DNA of 64,000 nt, taken from positions 10,676,894-10,740,893 of the forward strand of contig CM082589.2 of the NCBI GenBank assembly GCA_040954595.2, read 5' to 3'. This document shows, in pieces, positions 38,701 through 51,109 of this stretch. Both the position numbers and the translations under genes were made by a program. This DNA comes from Balanoglossus misakiensis. Lineage: Eukaryota > Animalia > Hemichordata. Positions within the stretch are counted from its first letter, which is position 1. The number at the start of each line of letters is the position of its first letter. The notes beneath the pieces are model-generated. The model searched no databases. It saw nothing but the letters and a program-made list of their open reading frames with translations, and was not told the DNA's origin.

Positions 38701-39693
38701 TTTGACTGCAAAATCTCAACATTTCGTCGATTTTTGAAAAAAATCATGGGTGAAAATCATCAAAAAATGACAAATTTTCGACTTTGCAAAATCTCAAAAT
38801 TTCGTCGATTTTTGAAAAAAAATCATAGGTGAAAATCATCAAAAAATGACAAAATTTTCGAGTTTGCAAAATCACAAAATTTCGTCGATTTTGAAAAAAA
38901 TCATAGGTTCGTCGATTTTTTTTAAAAAAACATGGGTGAAAATCATCAAAAATGACAAATTTTCGACTTTGCAAAATCTCAAAATTTCATCAATTTTTGA
39001 AAAAATCATGGGTGAAAATCATCAAAAAATGACAAAACTTTCGACTTTGCAAAATCTCAAAATTTCGTCGATTTTTGAAAAAAAATCATGGTTGAAAATC
39101 ATCAAAAAATGACAAAATTTTCGAGATTGCAAAATCACACAATTTCGTCGATTTTGAAAAAAATCATAGGTTCGTCGATTTTTTTAAAAAAAACATGGGT
39201 GAAAATCATCAAAAAATGACAAATTTTCGACTTTGCAAAATCTCAAAATTTCGTCGATTTTTGAAAAAAATCATTGGGGAAAATCATCAAAAAATGACAA
39301 ATTTTCGACTTTGCAAAATCTCAAAATTTCGTCGATTTTTGAAAAAAATCATGGGTGAAAATCATCAAAAAATGACAAATTTTCGACTTTGCAAAATCTC
39401 AAAATTTCGTCGATTTTGAAAAAAATCATGGGTTCGTCGATTTTTTAAAAACAACATTGGTGAAAATCATCAAAAAATGACAAATTTTCGACTGTTAAGA
39501 CTATGGATTTAACTCTGCCCTGCGTAGCTGAACAAGAAACTATAATTGATACACAGAATAGAAATACTGAAAAATGCAAAAAGTTACAGCTAATGGGGCT
39601 TAAGTCATGAAACTGTGTTTATTTTCATGTATATTGGCTTGAGACAGCTCACTATTTATGATGTGTGTTGTGACATTTTTTTATTCTTTTCAG

Positions 39694-39895
39694 TTTCTAC
39701 ATTTTGACACTGAACTTTATCATGATACTGTTGTCATTGTCGAGGTGTCTGTGTTTGACCCATCCAAAGTTCTTGCCACATACAGTGGACCGGACCAGCC
39801 TGATGAAGTTATTAGCAGTGGTAATGCAATGTTGGTGAAATTTCTCTCAGATAGTTCGCATACTGCTACTGGCTTTGAAGCATCTTGGCAAGCAG
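39694..39895 (+). CDS. Exon: CUB domain, C-terminal half
   Basis: cag|FLHFDTELYHD..SSGNAMLVKFLSDSSHTATGFEASW..|gt. Confidence 0.85.
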
Positions 39896-40188
39896 GTAAT
39901 ACCAAGTTTTATACATAATGTAAAACTGGAAATTTTCGCAAACGATAAATTTTCGCGAACTACACATAAACTTTGCATGTGTGGACACAAGGCAACTAAA
40001 AGCATTAATGCTCTGTGTTTACCTTAGGCAAATAGTGTCTCTGAAACGTTTCGAATTTTACCCTACGTGAACCTGGTATAACATTATAGATTGCACATGT
40101 AGGCAATATTTGCCCTACCTCGACTGTGATCTTGCTGATGTCCTGTTTGTGAAGTGTTTCTGTTAAGATGACTTCTTCTTTCTTTCAG

Positions 40189-40340
40189 TGTATTCTTTGT
40201 GTGGTGGGAATTTCATAGCACAGTCATATAAACAGAATCTCAGCAGTACAGAATATTTTGAAGGCAAGAATTATCTCAACAATGAAGATTGTAACTGACA
40301 GCTGGCATCATTCACAACAGAATTTGTTGTCACTTTACAG
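40189..40340 (+). pseudogene. Exon: CUB N-terminal half with in-frame stop
   Basis: LCGGNF..NYLNNEDCN*QL; TGA replaces the conserved Trp. Confidence 0.8.
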
Positions 40341-40709
40341 GTAGTGGATTCAGATGCAATTAATCGTGTGAGTTGTTTTACAGCATGACAAAAATTAGTA
40401 ATTATATTTTTAAAAATACATTTTATTTTTGTCATTTCTGGTCAATTCTCAGTAGTCACTTTTCCGATTTCTTAAAATTTGGTTTACAAGGACCTACAAT
40501 ATTTGTTATTATGGTGTACATAAACATGTGACAAATATCAATACTGGGGAGGAGGGGGGTGGGTAGTTTTAGACATTTTTGGTCCAAAAGTCCACTTATG
40601 TCAGAAACGGCTCTTCCAGTTGTTTTGGATTTTGGTTTATTGGGATGTGAAAATATTCTTTATCAGATGTATTCTTATATTACCTCATCAATGCTAAAGG
40701 TGTCCTTAT

Positions 40710-40986
40710 AGGGACGAAGTCTCTCTCTCTCGCTGCCCTTTTCCCATTAATTATGTTTGATACAAGACACCGTTTATGTTATTCTACATGAGGATATATA
40801 GTGAATCAACATTCGACCACACACACCTTCCATCCCATTTTTAGGATATGAGAGTAAAAATCTCGCCCAAAATGAAGCGGGATGGAATGTTGATTCACTA
40901 TATATCCACATCTAGAATAACATAAACGATAATCAAACGATAATTAATGGAAAAGGGGCAGCGAGAGAGAGAGAGACTTTGCCCCT
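40710..40986. mobile_element. Palindromic MITE, same family as 41388-41736
   Basis: Long inverted arms aagtctctctctctcgctgccc..ttcc(c)attaatta / taattaatggaaaaggggcagcgagagagagagactt. Confidence 0.75.
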
Positions 40987-41100
40987 TAATGGTTTTGTGT
41001 AGGAAATTGTGATCACTATGATTGTACGGTATGTCACATTTAAATGTACATATCAAATGGGAGCAAAGTGTCTTTGATGCTATTTTTTATATCTTTTCCG

Positions 41101-41302
41101 TTTATCTCCTTTGCAACAGAAGATGGGGCTGATCAAGTGTCTGTATACGATGGCGCTGAACTGAATCCTGCCCTCAGACTTGCTTTATTTTCTGGGATGG
41201 AGTTACCTAATGTCATCATATCTTCCAAAAGTATGATGAGAGTTGACATTAAGAGTGATGATGCAGTTACAATGAGAGGTTTTCATGTACATTACTGGGC
41301 AG
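41101..41302 (+). CDS. Exon: CUB C-terminal half (acceptor reads CCG)
   Basis: FISFATEDGADQVSVYDG..SDDAVTMRGFHVHYW; same 202-nt length as 39694-39895. Confidence 0.8.
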
Positions 41303-41387
41303 GTAGGTAACGCATTCAAATTGATCAAGACGTTGTTTGAATGAAGAGGCAATCAAGGATTCATGATGCAAGAGAACAATGTTTTAA

Positions 41388-41736
41388 AGGGACAAACACT
41401 CTCTCTCGCTACCCTTTTTCCAGGAATTATGATGATACAATACAGCGTTTATGTTATTCTACATGTGGATATATATTAAAACAACGTTTGACCACAAACA
41501 ACTTCCATCCCACTTGTAGACACAAGAGTGAAAAAACTCGCCAAAATGAATAATTGGTCTCTACCGTTTATTCATTTTGGCAATATTTTTACTCTCATAT
41601 CCTACAAACGGGATGGAAGTTGTGCGTGGTTGAATGTTGATTCACTATATATCCACATGTAGAATAACATAAACAGTGTCTTGTATCAAACATAGTTAAT
41701 GGAAAAAGGGCAGCGAGTGAGAGAAACTTTGTCCCT
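41388..41736. mobile_element. MITE with TTAA TSD and AG..CT ends (Kolobok-like)
   Basis: ttaa|agggacaaa ... tttgtccct|ttaa with extended inverted arms. Confidence 0.75.
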
Positions 41737-42113
41737 TTAAATCACTTAAAATCATTCCCAAAGAATTTCAACCCAGTAAGAATTGTAAGGATCACAGATC
41801 TATCTTCTTTTGCCATTCTTTCTGGAAGTTTATAATATAAGCTAATCTGATACTGGGTCATTATGAAACTTTTTAACAGAAAAAATAACAAAATGTGAAA
41901 AAAGTTAAATGAGTTTAATTTGATAACTACATGTATAACGACAGAAAGGTTTGACCTAAGGAAGTCATATACAGTTAACAGTCATTTCTTCTGTCGCGTA
42001 CGACTTTTTATCCAGAAGGCAATTATTATGTGATTTGATCCCCTAGCACAAAATAAAAGGCAGCCAGGATTACACCAAACCTGTGGATTGAATTCATTAT
42101 TCCTTGTTTGGTA

Positions 42114-42863
42114 TTTTTAGCTTGGCTGTCACTTGTGTCAGCCAAGCTGTAGCAGTAGGTTGATAAGTGTCCGTCTGTCGTCCGGCGTCCGTTGTCCGTC
42201 GTCCGTCAACTTTCGGTATTTCAATCTTCTTCGTTAAAACGACATTGCATATTTAGCTATAATTTGGTAGGAATGTGTGTTATGGTGCCCCTACCTGATT
42301 TTGTAAATTTGGATTTGATGGGGTCATAAATATGCAAATTAGATCTAAAAATAGAATGTTGGTCAAACATTTTCTTCTCCCTAACTACATGTACGATGGA
42401 GCTGAAATTTGGCAGGAATGTGTGTTATGGTGCCCCTACCTGATTTCATAAATTTGGATATGATCGGGTCATGAATATGCAAATTAGATCTAAAAATATA
42501 ATTTTTGGTAAAAAATCTTCTTCTCCCTAACTACATGTACGATGGAGCTGAAATTTGGTAGAATGTGTGTTATGGTGCCCCTACCTGATTTTGTTTTATT
42601 GGAATTTTGATCGGGTCATGAATATGCAAATTAGTACCTTGGTACTTCCTTTTGATGTTGTTCTTTAGGAATAAATTCTTTCTTTCTTTAGCACAATGAA
42701 TCAGGCTGAATGTGGATATTAAATACTTGTGATGTCTATGTTTGGTTTTGTTTAATAGAATACAATTGTTATGATTAAAACCTAGGGTATTCATATCATT
42801 GCCCAGCTATAGGTTTCACTGTTAAAGTCAGCAGAGCTCTTTTGACCGATAGGTCACTTGTTT
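42114..42863 (+). mobile_element. Second HINE family (non-autonomous Helentron)
   Basis: ttttt-agcttggctg..cagccaagct hairpin, GTCC/GTC microsatellite, about three ~146-bp repeats, 3' cagcagagct + tgacc-gata-ggtca stem-loop + cttgttt. Confidence 0.8.
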
Positions 42864-42871
42864 CTTTAAAG

Positions 42872-43056
42872 GTTGCCAGGGAATTGAAATTCTGCGTAGT
42901 TTTGGCACGATTCAGTCACCAGGGTATGATGTTAGCACTTACCCTGATGATGTTATGTGTAGCTGGTTAATCAAGGAACCAACTGGAAGACCATTAACTC
43001 TTATCTTTGATGAGAACTTTGGATTAGAGAGGAACACAGATGTTGATTACATCATT
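42872..43056 (+). CDS. Exon: CUB N-terminal half
   Basis: CQG..FGTIQSPGY..YPDDVMCSWLI..LTLIF; aag acceptor, gtgagt donor. Confidence 0.85.
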
Positions 43057-43221
43057 GTGAGTATCAGATATGATCATGAGTCAGCCATGTTAAAAATATT
43101 TGTCATATTAAAAAATTTGTCATATTATTTTGCAGTGATTTTAGTTTGACAATTTTGGCAGACATTACTTCAAACTATACAACTTTGGAACACAATTTGG
43201 AAATTTAATTAATCACATATA

Positions 43222-43431
43222 TACTGTAAAACGGGATACTTTTGCAACATGAAATTTTCGCGTTATCAAAAGAGGCAAGTGTTATGCAACAATAACTTTT
43301 CACGTTCTTGTATTTCACTGCATCATTATCCCCGAAAAACATTTTTACGCAACTTTTTATTTTCATGTTTTGATGGCTCTCACGTAGATCGCGAAAATTT
43401 ATTGTTTGCGAACATTTCCCATTTTACAGTA
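43222..43431. mobile_element. TA-flanked MITE (ctgtaaaac family); relatives near 39919, 43475-43672 and 46726
   Basis: tactgtaaaacggga ... tcccattttacagta. Confidence 0.7.
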
Positions 43432-43709
43432 TGTTGAGTAGCTGTTACAGCAGGAAATGCAACAAGGATTGAATACTATAAAATTTTCGTGAACGATAAA
43501 TTTTCGTAAACTATGTGAGAGCCAAAAAATATGAAAATAAAAAGTCGCTTAAAATGCTTCAGAGATAACAATGCAGTAAAATATGCCAATGTGAAAATTA
43601 ATTGTCGCGTAACAGTAGCCACCTTTGATATCGCGAAAATTTCCTTTTGTGAAGATTTCCCGTTTTACGGTATTTACAATGCATGCTTAATTTGTCTTTG
43701 TTTCTGAAG

Positions 43710-43893
43710 GTATACAATGGTACTGAGAGTGATGATGATGTCATTATTGGTCCATGGAGTGGCAATTCTGATGGAGTCATCGATGGCACAGTGCCACCAC
43801 CCGATTGCCGTACAGACATTGGACACTTTTCGGTTGTGTTCAGGAGTAGTAGAACACGACCAGCTAAAGGATTCAGGGCTTCATTTTCACCAG
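43710..43893 (+). CDS. Exon: CUB C-terminal half
   Basis: VYNG..FSVVFRSSRTRPAKGFRASFS. Confidence 0.85.
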
Positions 43894-43900
43894 GTACACA

Positions 43901-44111
43901 TACTGTAAAACACTTTATTTTCACGAGTTGAAATTTTTCGCGACATCGAGAGAGGCCACTGTTTCGCCAGTATTAATTTTCGCGTTCTCTTATTTCATTC
44001 ATTGCATCTTTATCTTCAAAAAAATTACGCAACTTTTTATTTTCACGCTATTTTGGCTCTCGCGTATTTCGCGAAAATCTCTTGCTCGCGAAAATAAAGT
44101 GTTTTACAGTA
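43901..44111. mobile_element. TA-flanked MITE with ~25-bp TIRs
   Basis: ta|ctgtaaaacactttattttcacgag ... ctcgcgaaaataaagtgttttacag|ta. Confidence 0.85.
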
Positions 44112-44330
44112 ACTTACTAACATTTCAGAAAAAGTTGTTACAGAATTCTTAGAAACACACTCTCCCTTTATTCCTTGTGATTTAGAGCCATTAATTGAAA
44201 GGTGCAAATGTTTTTGAATTTTTACGAAACTTCAAAGAGCTGGAAAAACAGAGACAGTAATTTCTTACAATTGCAATGCAATTTTGGACCATTGACTGGA
44301 ATGGCAACACTCTTGTATCACACTCAATAA

Positions 44331-44554
44331 AGTGATGGGGTCGTCGCACTGCGTTTGTTTGTTTATAAACATTGCAATTCATCCACAAATCCCTGAAATT
44401 AGACAGCCACGACCTACTAGGATCTTCAGTTGCTGTCATGGACAGTCTAGGATACTGTCAGCTGCTTCGTTCATTCTAAGAATTATCTTATTTGAGGGAT
44501 TTGTGGATGAATTGTAATGTTTATAAACAAACGCATTGCGACGACCCCTTCACT
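44331..44554. mobile_element. Palindromic MITE (Kolobok-like ends)
   Basis: ataa|agtgatggggtcgtcgca..tccacaaatccct / agggatttgtgga..tgcgacgaccccttcact|ttaa. Confidence 0.8.
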
Positions 44555-44974
44555 TTAAAACAACTGACATTTATGAGTTTAAGTATTTGTCTGCATGCAT
44601 TCTTATCATTGTGATCCTTGTTCTGACAGACTGTCCCGAAATTGTGATTAGTGAGGGCGTGGTGACCAGTACAGAGATAGAAGGTATGATGTCTCTGTCT
44701 CATTCCAATGCTCGGACGGTTATCCAGTAGTTAAAGGGGATGTCCGGTCTAGCTGATATCTACATAATTTTGTAGCTTTGAGGTCACTCTTTCAGGAAAA
44801 AAAAACATTTTCGCCGTGTATAAGTCGTACCAGCTATGCAAATATGCCTAGCCTGGTGTCTTGTATCCAAGATAATTAATGAAAAAAGTGCAGTGATGAG
44901 AGAGACTTAATTTGTCTCTTGAATCTATTGTTAGCAACAACTTGAATGACACTAATTTGTTGTTTATTTTTTAG

Positions 44975-45154
44975 GAATAACATGTGGTGGACCCCCTGAG
45001 TGCAGCAATGGAATTCTTACCAATGTTACCAGTACAGTGTATGGTGGCATTGCTTATTATCAATGCATTGAGGGCTATCAGTTTATAAATAATGTGTCTT
45101 CATTGGAATGCCAAGCAGATGGTGTCTGGGGTCCACTTGTGCCCCAATGCGAGC
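44975..45154 (+). CDS. Exon: Sushi/CCP domain
   Basis: CGGPP..NG..YGG.A.YQC.EGY..LECQADGVW..PQC; phase 1-1. Confidence 0.88.
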
Positions 45155-45257
45155 GTAAGTTGATATTTTTGAAAACAATTAAACTGCCATTGTAGTGCAC
45201 ACTTAGGAGACGGATTTTCAGAAAAATGTTAGTCCTCTGAACCTTTCAGTGCTTTAA

Positions 45258-45557
45258 AGCCACTAGAGCTGCCACTTTTTGCATTTATTTTCAGATTTTA
45301 TTTTCCGACGTAGATTGGTACATTGAAATGATTAAGCTTACTGATAGGGATACAAGAACATGTCATCAATGCCTGATTGTGGCTGTATGTTGCAATTTAA
45401 ACGTGCAATGTATTAAACAGGTGCCGTACCCATTTTATTAAAATCAGCCTCCATACAAACAGTATGCAGCTAGCTATCGTGGTATGCATCACCATAGATT
45501 TGAAAGGTTTTACTGTGGAAAAGAAAAAAATTGTGAAATTTGGCAGCTCTAGAGGCT
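45258..45557. mobile_element. MITE with TTAA TSD (Kolobok-like)
   Basis: ttaa|agccactagagctgcca ... tggcagctctagaggct|ttaa. Confidence 0.8.
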
Positions 45558-45858
45558 TTAAAGTGTGTGATGAGTCGTTTTGAAAACAAAGTATAACACA
45601 GGGTGTTCACTGTCATGTTTTCATAAAAATCACTGACTCAAGTTGAAATTCTCTCCATAGCGTTATGATGGGGCACTTTGTGCTGGTTGCTACATTCCAC
45701 ATGGGTGTCTAATTGGGACATTACACACTGAATGTTAAACCAGACACTGGTAACTTGAAAATATGCAGGATTGTGAGGGTTACTGCTACATGTCCCTTTA
45801 AACCATTTTCCTAGTATTAACACACTTGTAATGTTATCTGTTCATCTTATCCAAACAG

Positions 45859-46041
45859 CTCGCGAGTGTCCACCACCGAATGTAGACAACTACTTATCAT
45901 ATGAAATTGTTAATGGTGATTCATTGATTTTTGGAACAACCATTGCCTACTCATGTCCATCTGGCTACAGTCTGACTGGCTACACTGTCTCTACATGTGG
46001 TGAAGATGGATCATGGATTGGAGATCCAGGATACTGTCAAC
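45859..46041 (+). CDS. Exon: Sushi/CCP domain
   Basis: CPPP..FGTTIAYSCPSGYSLTG..TCGEDGSW..C; phase 1-1. Confidence 0.88.
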
Positions 46042-46351
46042 GTAAGTCATTTAAGGATGTACATTCAGTAAAATTGAAAATATGGTCATTTCTTTTAATT
46101 GTTAATTTTTGGATTATCCTATGTATGTATAATGAAAATTTGTGATAAAATATAGGGGTCACCACGCTTGTTTTTGAAATACAGAGTCATGAATTTAGTC
46201 GATAATTGAAAAAAAGGAGTCAATGGTATCTGGACTTTTATAGTGGGAACTTGGGGTGAAAATGTTAAAGTTGTGACAGAATACAGATACCCAATATATA
46301 TACCACAATCAAGTCTGCATCCACATAGTGTTTTATTTTTTTTACTTGCAG

Positions 46352-46534
46352 GATTGAACTGCAGTGATATACTCATAACAGACCCACATCTACAAGCTGT
46401 CCCTGATAGTGGACCATATTATATGGGCAGTAACATCACATTCTATTGTAATGCTGGCTATGAATTAAATGGTGCTGATTACCTGACTTGTCAATCCGAT
46501 TTACAGTGGAATAGTGCAATACCATCATGCATTG
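46352..46534 (+). CDS. Exon: Sushi/CCP domain
   Basis: C..GSNITFYCNAGYELNGADYLTCQSDLQWNSAIPSC; phase 1-1. Confidence 0.88.
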
Positions 46535-47011
46535 GTAAGTTCACATCAAGATTGGTCTTCATGTGGTTGTCTGCTTATGAGGTACCGTAATCGATCACTC
46601 CAGTAATTTGACTATTTATCATAAATGTCACCTAAACTACATGCTGATAGGACATACAGTTCATGCCATGCAAATCTATGGCTGTCAGAAATTTCATGAT
46701 TTTCGTAATTTTATTTTTCATTGATTACTGTAAAACAGGAAATTTTCGCGACAAAGAAATTTTTTGCGATATCAAAAGCAGAAACTGTTATGAGACGATT
46801 AATTTTCATGTTCTCGTATTTCACTACATTGTTATCACTGAAAATAGTTTTTTACGCAAAAATGTCTTTTTTTTTTGGCTCTTGCATAGTTCGCGAAAAT
46901 TTGTTTGTGAAAATTTCCTGTTGGTCTGGTGGTTCCCAGCTAAACTTGTTGGTCTGAATTTACCAGCGGACCTGTGGGATTTTGATCATATCTTGATAAA
47001 TAACATTTCAG

Positions 47012-47140
47012 ATATCAATGAATGTAGTACATTGGTGGCACGGTGTGGAATCAATCAAGTCTGTGAAAATAGAGATGGTGACTATCAGTGTGCATGTTTG
47101 GTGGGATTTGAACCAGATGTGAATAGAACAGCATGCAAAG
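47012..47140 (+). CDS. Exon: calcium-binding EGF domain
   Basis: DINECSTLVARCGINQVCENRDGDYQCACLVGFE..C. Confidence 0.88.
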
Positions 47141-47661
47141 GTGAGACATAATCAAGTCACTTGCAACATAACTTCAAGTCACTATTTTCACATTTAACAC
47201 ATTCCGAACTTATTTCAGAATTCCGGATAAATTTTTGGAATGACCTTTTAATCTCAGGTGTCTTTTTCTCATAGGATTACATTGATAATTGCTAGAAAAC
47301 AAACTTCTACTATTGTCATTTTCACGAAATTTTACACATAGCTCAGTCTAGTAAATATAAATTCATTGGTCAAATAAAATTGTGTGATTACAATGCTCTA
47401 TTTTGAGATAAATTTCTTTAAGGTTTTTGTCCATAGACAAACCATTGGTGAACCATGCTGAGTCAGCAGGTTTCTTCTATTATCAACTAAATTAATGGCC
47501 TTGTATTTCAAAAGCAAGCAAGGTGACGCCTTTATTTTATCACAGATTCATCTTGTACGTACACAAGATAATCCCAAAATTCACGATTAAAAGAAATGAC
47601 AATACTTTCAATTTTACTGAACGTACATTGTTTTAATCCAATCCATGTTCCTTCTTTGTAG

Positions 47662-47847
47662 ATATAAATGAATGTGCTTCACATTCTTGTGATCAACTTT
47701 GTAAAAACACTGCAGGTGGTTTTCAATGTTCCTGTGAAGAAGGCTATCTCTTATATGCAAATAACGGCACAGGTGGATTCTATCTGCCACCTGGAGAAAC
47801 TGGTCTCTCAATGTATGATGTCTACACTTTTAACCAATCATGTGTTC
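47662..47847 (+). CDS. Exon: calcium-binding EGF domain with long insert
   Basis: DINECASHSCDQLCKNTAGGFQCSCEEGYLLYANNGTGGFYLPPGETGLSMYDVYTFNQSCV. Confidence 0.88.
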
Positions 47848-49700
47848 GTAAGTATCATGTTAAACTATAGAGTTAAAGGTATATGATCACCCATGGAAAA
47901 TTAGCTATATATAGTTACCATGGAAAATTGAAATCTAGCCAATCACAGATTTTCATTTGGTGGCACACGTGGAAAACAGGCGCCACCATATGTTCTTTAG
48001 AATGCTCAAATACGCCATTCAGCCATATATGGGAATGTGTATTGAAGGTGACTGTATACTTTTAACCAAGATTTGTCATATTATTGACCTTTATACCGCA
48101 ATGAATTTGCAGCAACAAAAAGTGGACAAAAAGCTGAATTTCATAATTGGATTTCATAATTTTGCCGTAATTCAATAATGAAATGTGGAGAAAGTCAGCA
48201 GACCAACTTTGCACTGTTATTATTTATTTTGGATTTGTTTCCCTCCTGCTAACAAAAGTGTCCTCTCACCTCATGGCATGAAGATGCATTGAATTCTGAG
48301 AAAAAGGGGATTAATACTTGAGTGTATTTACAAAGACAAACAAGCTCACTGGTAGCATTTAAAGGGGAAGTCCGGTTCAGCTACATAATTGGGTAGCTTT
48401 GAGGTCATTCTTTCAGAAAAAAACATTGTGTAGAAATTATGCATAAATCAGCTGGACAGGACTTCCCTTTTAATATTTCCAAGCAAGGCAATTGCTTTAC
48501 TGCAACAATTACTTTGAAAACACAGTGTAAAACAACAATCATGATATGAATGTTACTTTAATAGATAGTCATACTTATATAAGCATGACTGTCTATGTTG
48601 GTCTGTAAGTTGTATTTGAAAGAAAAGTTTCATGTACGAATAGTACAAAGATTGACATTTAGTCCACAAATCCCTGAAATGAGACAGCCACGACCTACCA
48701 TTAACATTAACCAGAGCACACAGTAACCAGACCAGAGTGGCCAGTATCGTGCCCATTAATTTTGAGTGTTTGATGGGGGTCAACCTTTGCGTCAACATTA
48801 ACCAGAGCACACAGTAACCAGGCCGTAGTGGACAGTGTTCTGCCCATTAATTTTGAGTGTTTGGTGGGGTCAACCTTTGCGTCAACATTAACCAGAGCAC
48901 ACAGTAACCAGGCCATAGTGGACAGTGTGCTGCCCATTAATTTTGAGTGTTTGGTGGGGTCAACCTTTGCGTCAACATTAACCAGAGCACACAGTAACCA
49001 GGCCGTAGTGGACAGTGTTCTGCCCATTAATTTTGAGTGTTTGGTGGGGTCAACCTTTGCGTCAACATTAACTAGGCCAGAGTGGCCAGTATCGTGCCCA
49101 TTAATTTTGAGTGTTTGGTGGGGTCAACCTTTGCGTCAACATTAACTTGGCCAGAGTGGCCAGTATCGTGCCCATTAATTTTGAGTGTTTGGTGGGGTCA
49201 ACCTTTGCGTCAACATTAACTAGGCCAGAGTGGCCAGTATCGTGCCCATTAATTTTGAGTGTTTGGTGGGGTCAACCTTTGCGTCAACATTAACTAGGCC
49301 AGAGTGGCCAGTATCGTGCCCATTAATTTTGAGTGTTTGGTGGGGGTCAACCTTTGCGTCAACATTAACCAGAGCACACAGTAACCAGGCCGTAGTGGAC
49401 AGTGTTCTGCCCATTAATTTTGAGTGTTTGGTGGGGTCAACCTTTGCGTCACCATTAACCAGAGCACACAGTAACCAGGCCATAGTGGACAGTGTGCTGC
49501 CCATTAATTTTGAGTGTTTGGTGGGGTCAACCTTTGCGTCAACATTAACCAGAGCACACAGTAACCAGGCCATAGTGGACAGTGTTCTGCCCATTAATTT
49601 TGAGTGTTTGGTGGGGTCAACCTTTGCGTCAACATTAACCAGAGCACACAGTAACCAGGCCGTAGTGGACAGTGTTCTGCCCATTAATTTTGAGTGTTTG

Positions 49701-51109
49701 CCCTTACGAAAAAATAAGGCTTCTGGCGAACAGTTGTGGTAAACTTGCCGCAACGTTGCGGCACATATACCGCGACTGTTTGCGGCGCATGCGCGGCTAA
49801 TGCATATTTTCGCATGCAAATGAGCTGTTGCGGCGCACAGTTGCGGTAAACATACCGCAACTTTGTGGCACATATGCGGCACGTATGCCAAAACGGGTTT
49901 GCGGCGTACATGCCGCAAAATCTGACCTCTTGCAACTTTGCGGCGCATATACCGCAACTGTTTGCGGCGCATGCGCGGCTAATGCATATTTTCGCATGCA
50001 AATGAGCTGTTGCGGCGCACAGTTGCGGTAAACATACCGCAACTTTGCGACACATATGCTGCAAATTATGACCTCTTGTTAATACATGTAATTAATCCCT
50101 ACTGTGGCCCCTTCCTAGCTACCAGCCACCCGTGAAAAGAATTGCCAATCTATCCATTCTGTTCTGAAGTATCTTGGTTCAGCAAATCTTAATTCTCATG
50201 TGAATTTGGTGTGTCATATTCATATACATGTACTTCCCATAAGGAGAGTTATCCCAAGTATATTCAACAGGCTTAGACAAAACATCCTTTCTTTGTGAAA
50301 TTGTGACCCTCATTGTTTATTTCAACAGCAGGCATTATTTTATAGTTATCTCAAGTGATTCAACTACCACAGAAACCAACAAAATTTAGAAAACTCACCC
50401 AGCTGTATACATGTCATTGCAATGCTCTTGTCTCAAGTGTCCTCTTACTGGTATATGTCTTGGATCAACACCAGAGTTTTTCTTTTGCAGATACTTTTCC
50501 ATTTAGTCTGACTTTAAGTACAAGATTATGACAATCATCCTCAGGAAATTGTTCAAACTACTAACCTCTGGCAATGCACAAATATCGCTACCACAGTATT
50601 TAAGTGAAGCAGCTTCCAGCTGTATGGATTGGTGACATCAAATTCATGGTTATTGATGGGCACAGTGATCACAGTGTAACCTTGCACAATCAAAATGTCC
50701 GCCTAAATGAAAACAGCCTCATTCTCGTTTCTGCACATGTCACCAATAAGTAATTATTAACTAGCTGAGCATTCAAATTATGTTAATTGAACTTTCTGGC
50801 ATATATACCGCAACTGTGCCGCAACAGACTCCACTGATCACGAGATAATATCAAACTCCCTGTTTACTTTACTTTTGCGGTATATGCGCCGCAAAAGGCT
50901 CCACTGATCACCAGTAGTACAAGACACTCTGTGTTTACTTAAATGTTGCGGCATACGTGCCGCAAAAGTCTTGACTGATCGCCAGAAGTGTGCCAGTACT
51001 GGCGATCATCGGCGATTAGTCGCCACAAAGTTGCGGTCAGAAATTTGCGTGCCGCACATGTGCCGCAACTTCGCCGCATGTTTGCCGCAAGAAAACAACT
51101 TCGTAAGGG
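49701..51109. mobile_element. Non-autonomous CACTA/EnSpm(CMC)-like DNA transposon
   Basis: TIR cccttacgaa/ttcgtaaggg, 3-bp TSD ttg, many subterminal gccgcaa/ttgcggc motifs in both orientations, internal ~182-bp duplication. Confidence 0.8.

Larger units (their letters stand above)
1..39494. repeat. 78-bp A-tract satellite array, interrupted by transposons; satellite blocks about 1-232, 1728-2573, 4069-7696, 18694-22095, 38609-39494
   Basis: Monomer catgggtgaaaatcatcaaaaaatgacaaattttcgactttgcaaaatctcaaaatttcgtcgatttttgaaaaaaat repeated in tandem, with a recurrent ~30-bp short variant (cataggttcgtcgattttt...). It produces the MGENHQKMTNFRLCKISKFRRFLKKI ORFs. Confidence 0.97.
39694..47847 (+). 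pseudogene. Fragment of a CUB-Sushi-EGF gene (uninflatable-like), ten exons, with disabling lesions
   Basis: Exons 39694-39895, 40189-40340, 41101-41302, 42872-43056, 43710-43893, 44630-44683, 44975-45154, 45859-46041, 46352-46534, 47012-47140 and 47662-47847 (the 54-nt exon counted in addition) join in consistent phases: three CUB, three full Sushi, two calcium-binding EGF. TGA at 40296; acceptor CCG at 41098-41100. The last EGF carries the NGTGGFY..ETG..D.Y.FNQSCV insert that I recall from uninflatable. Confidence 0.75.
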
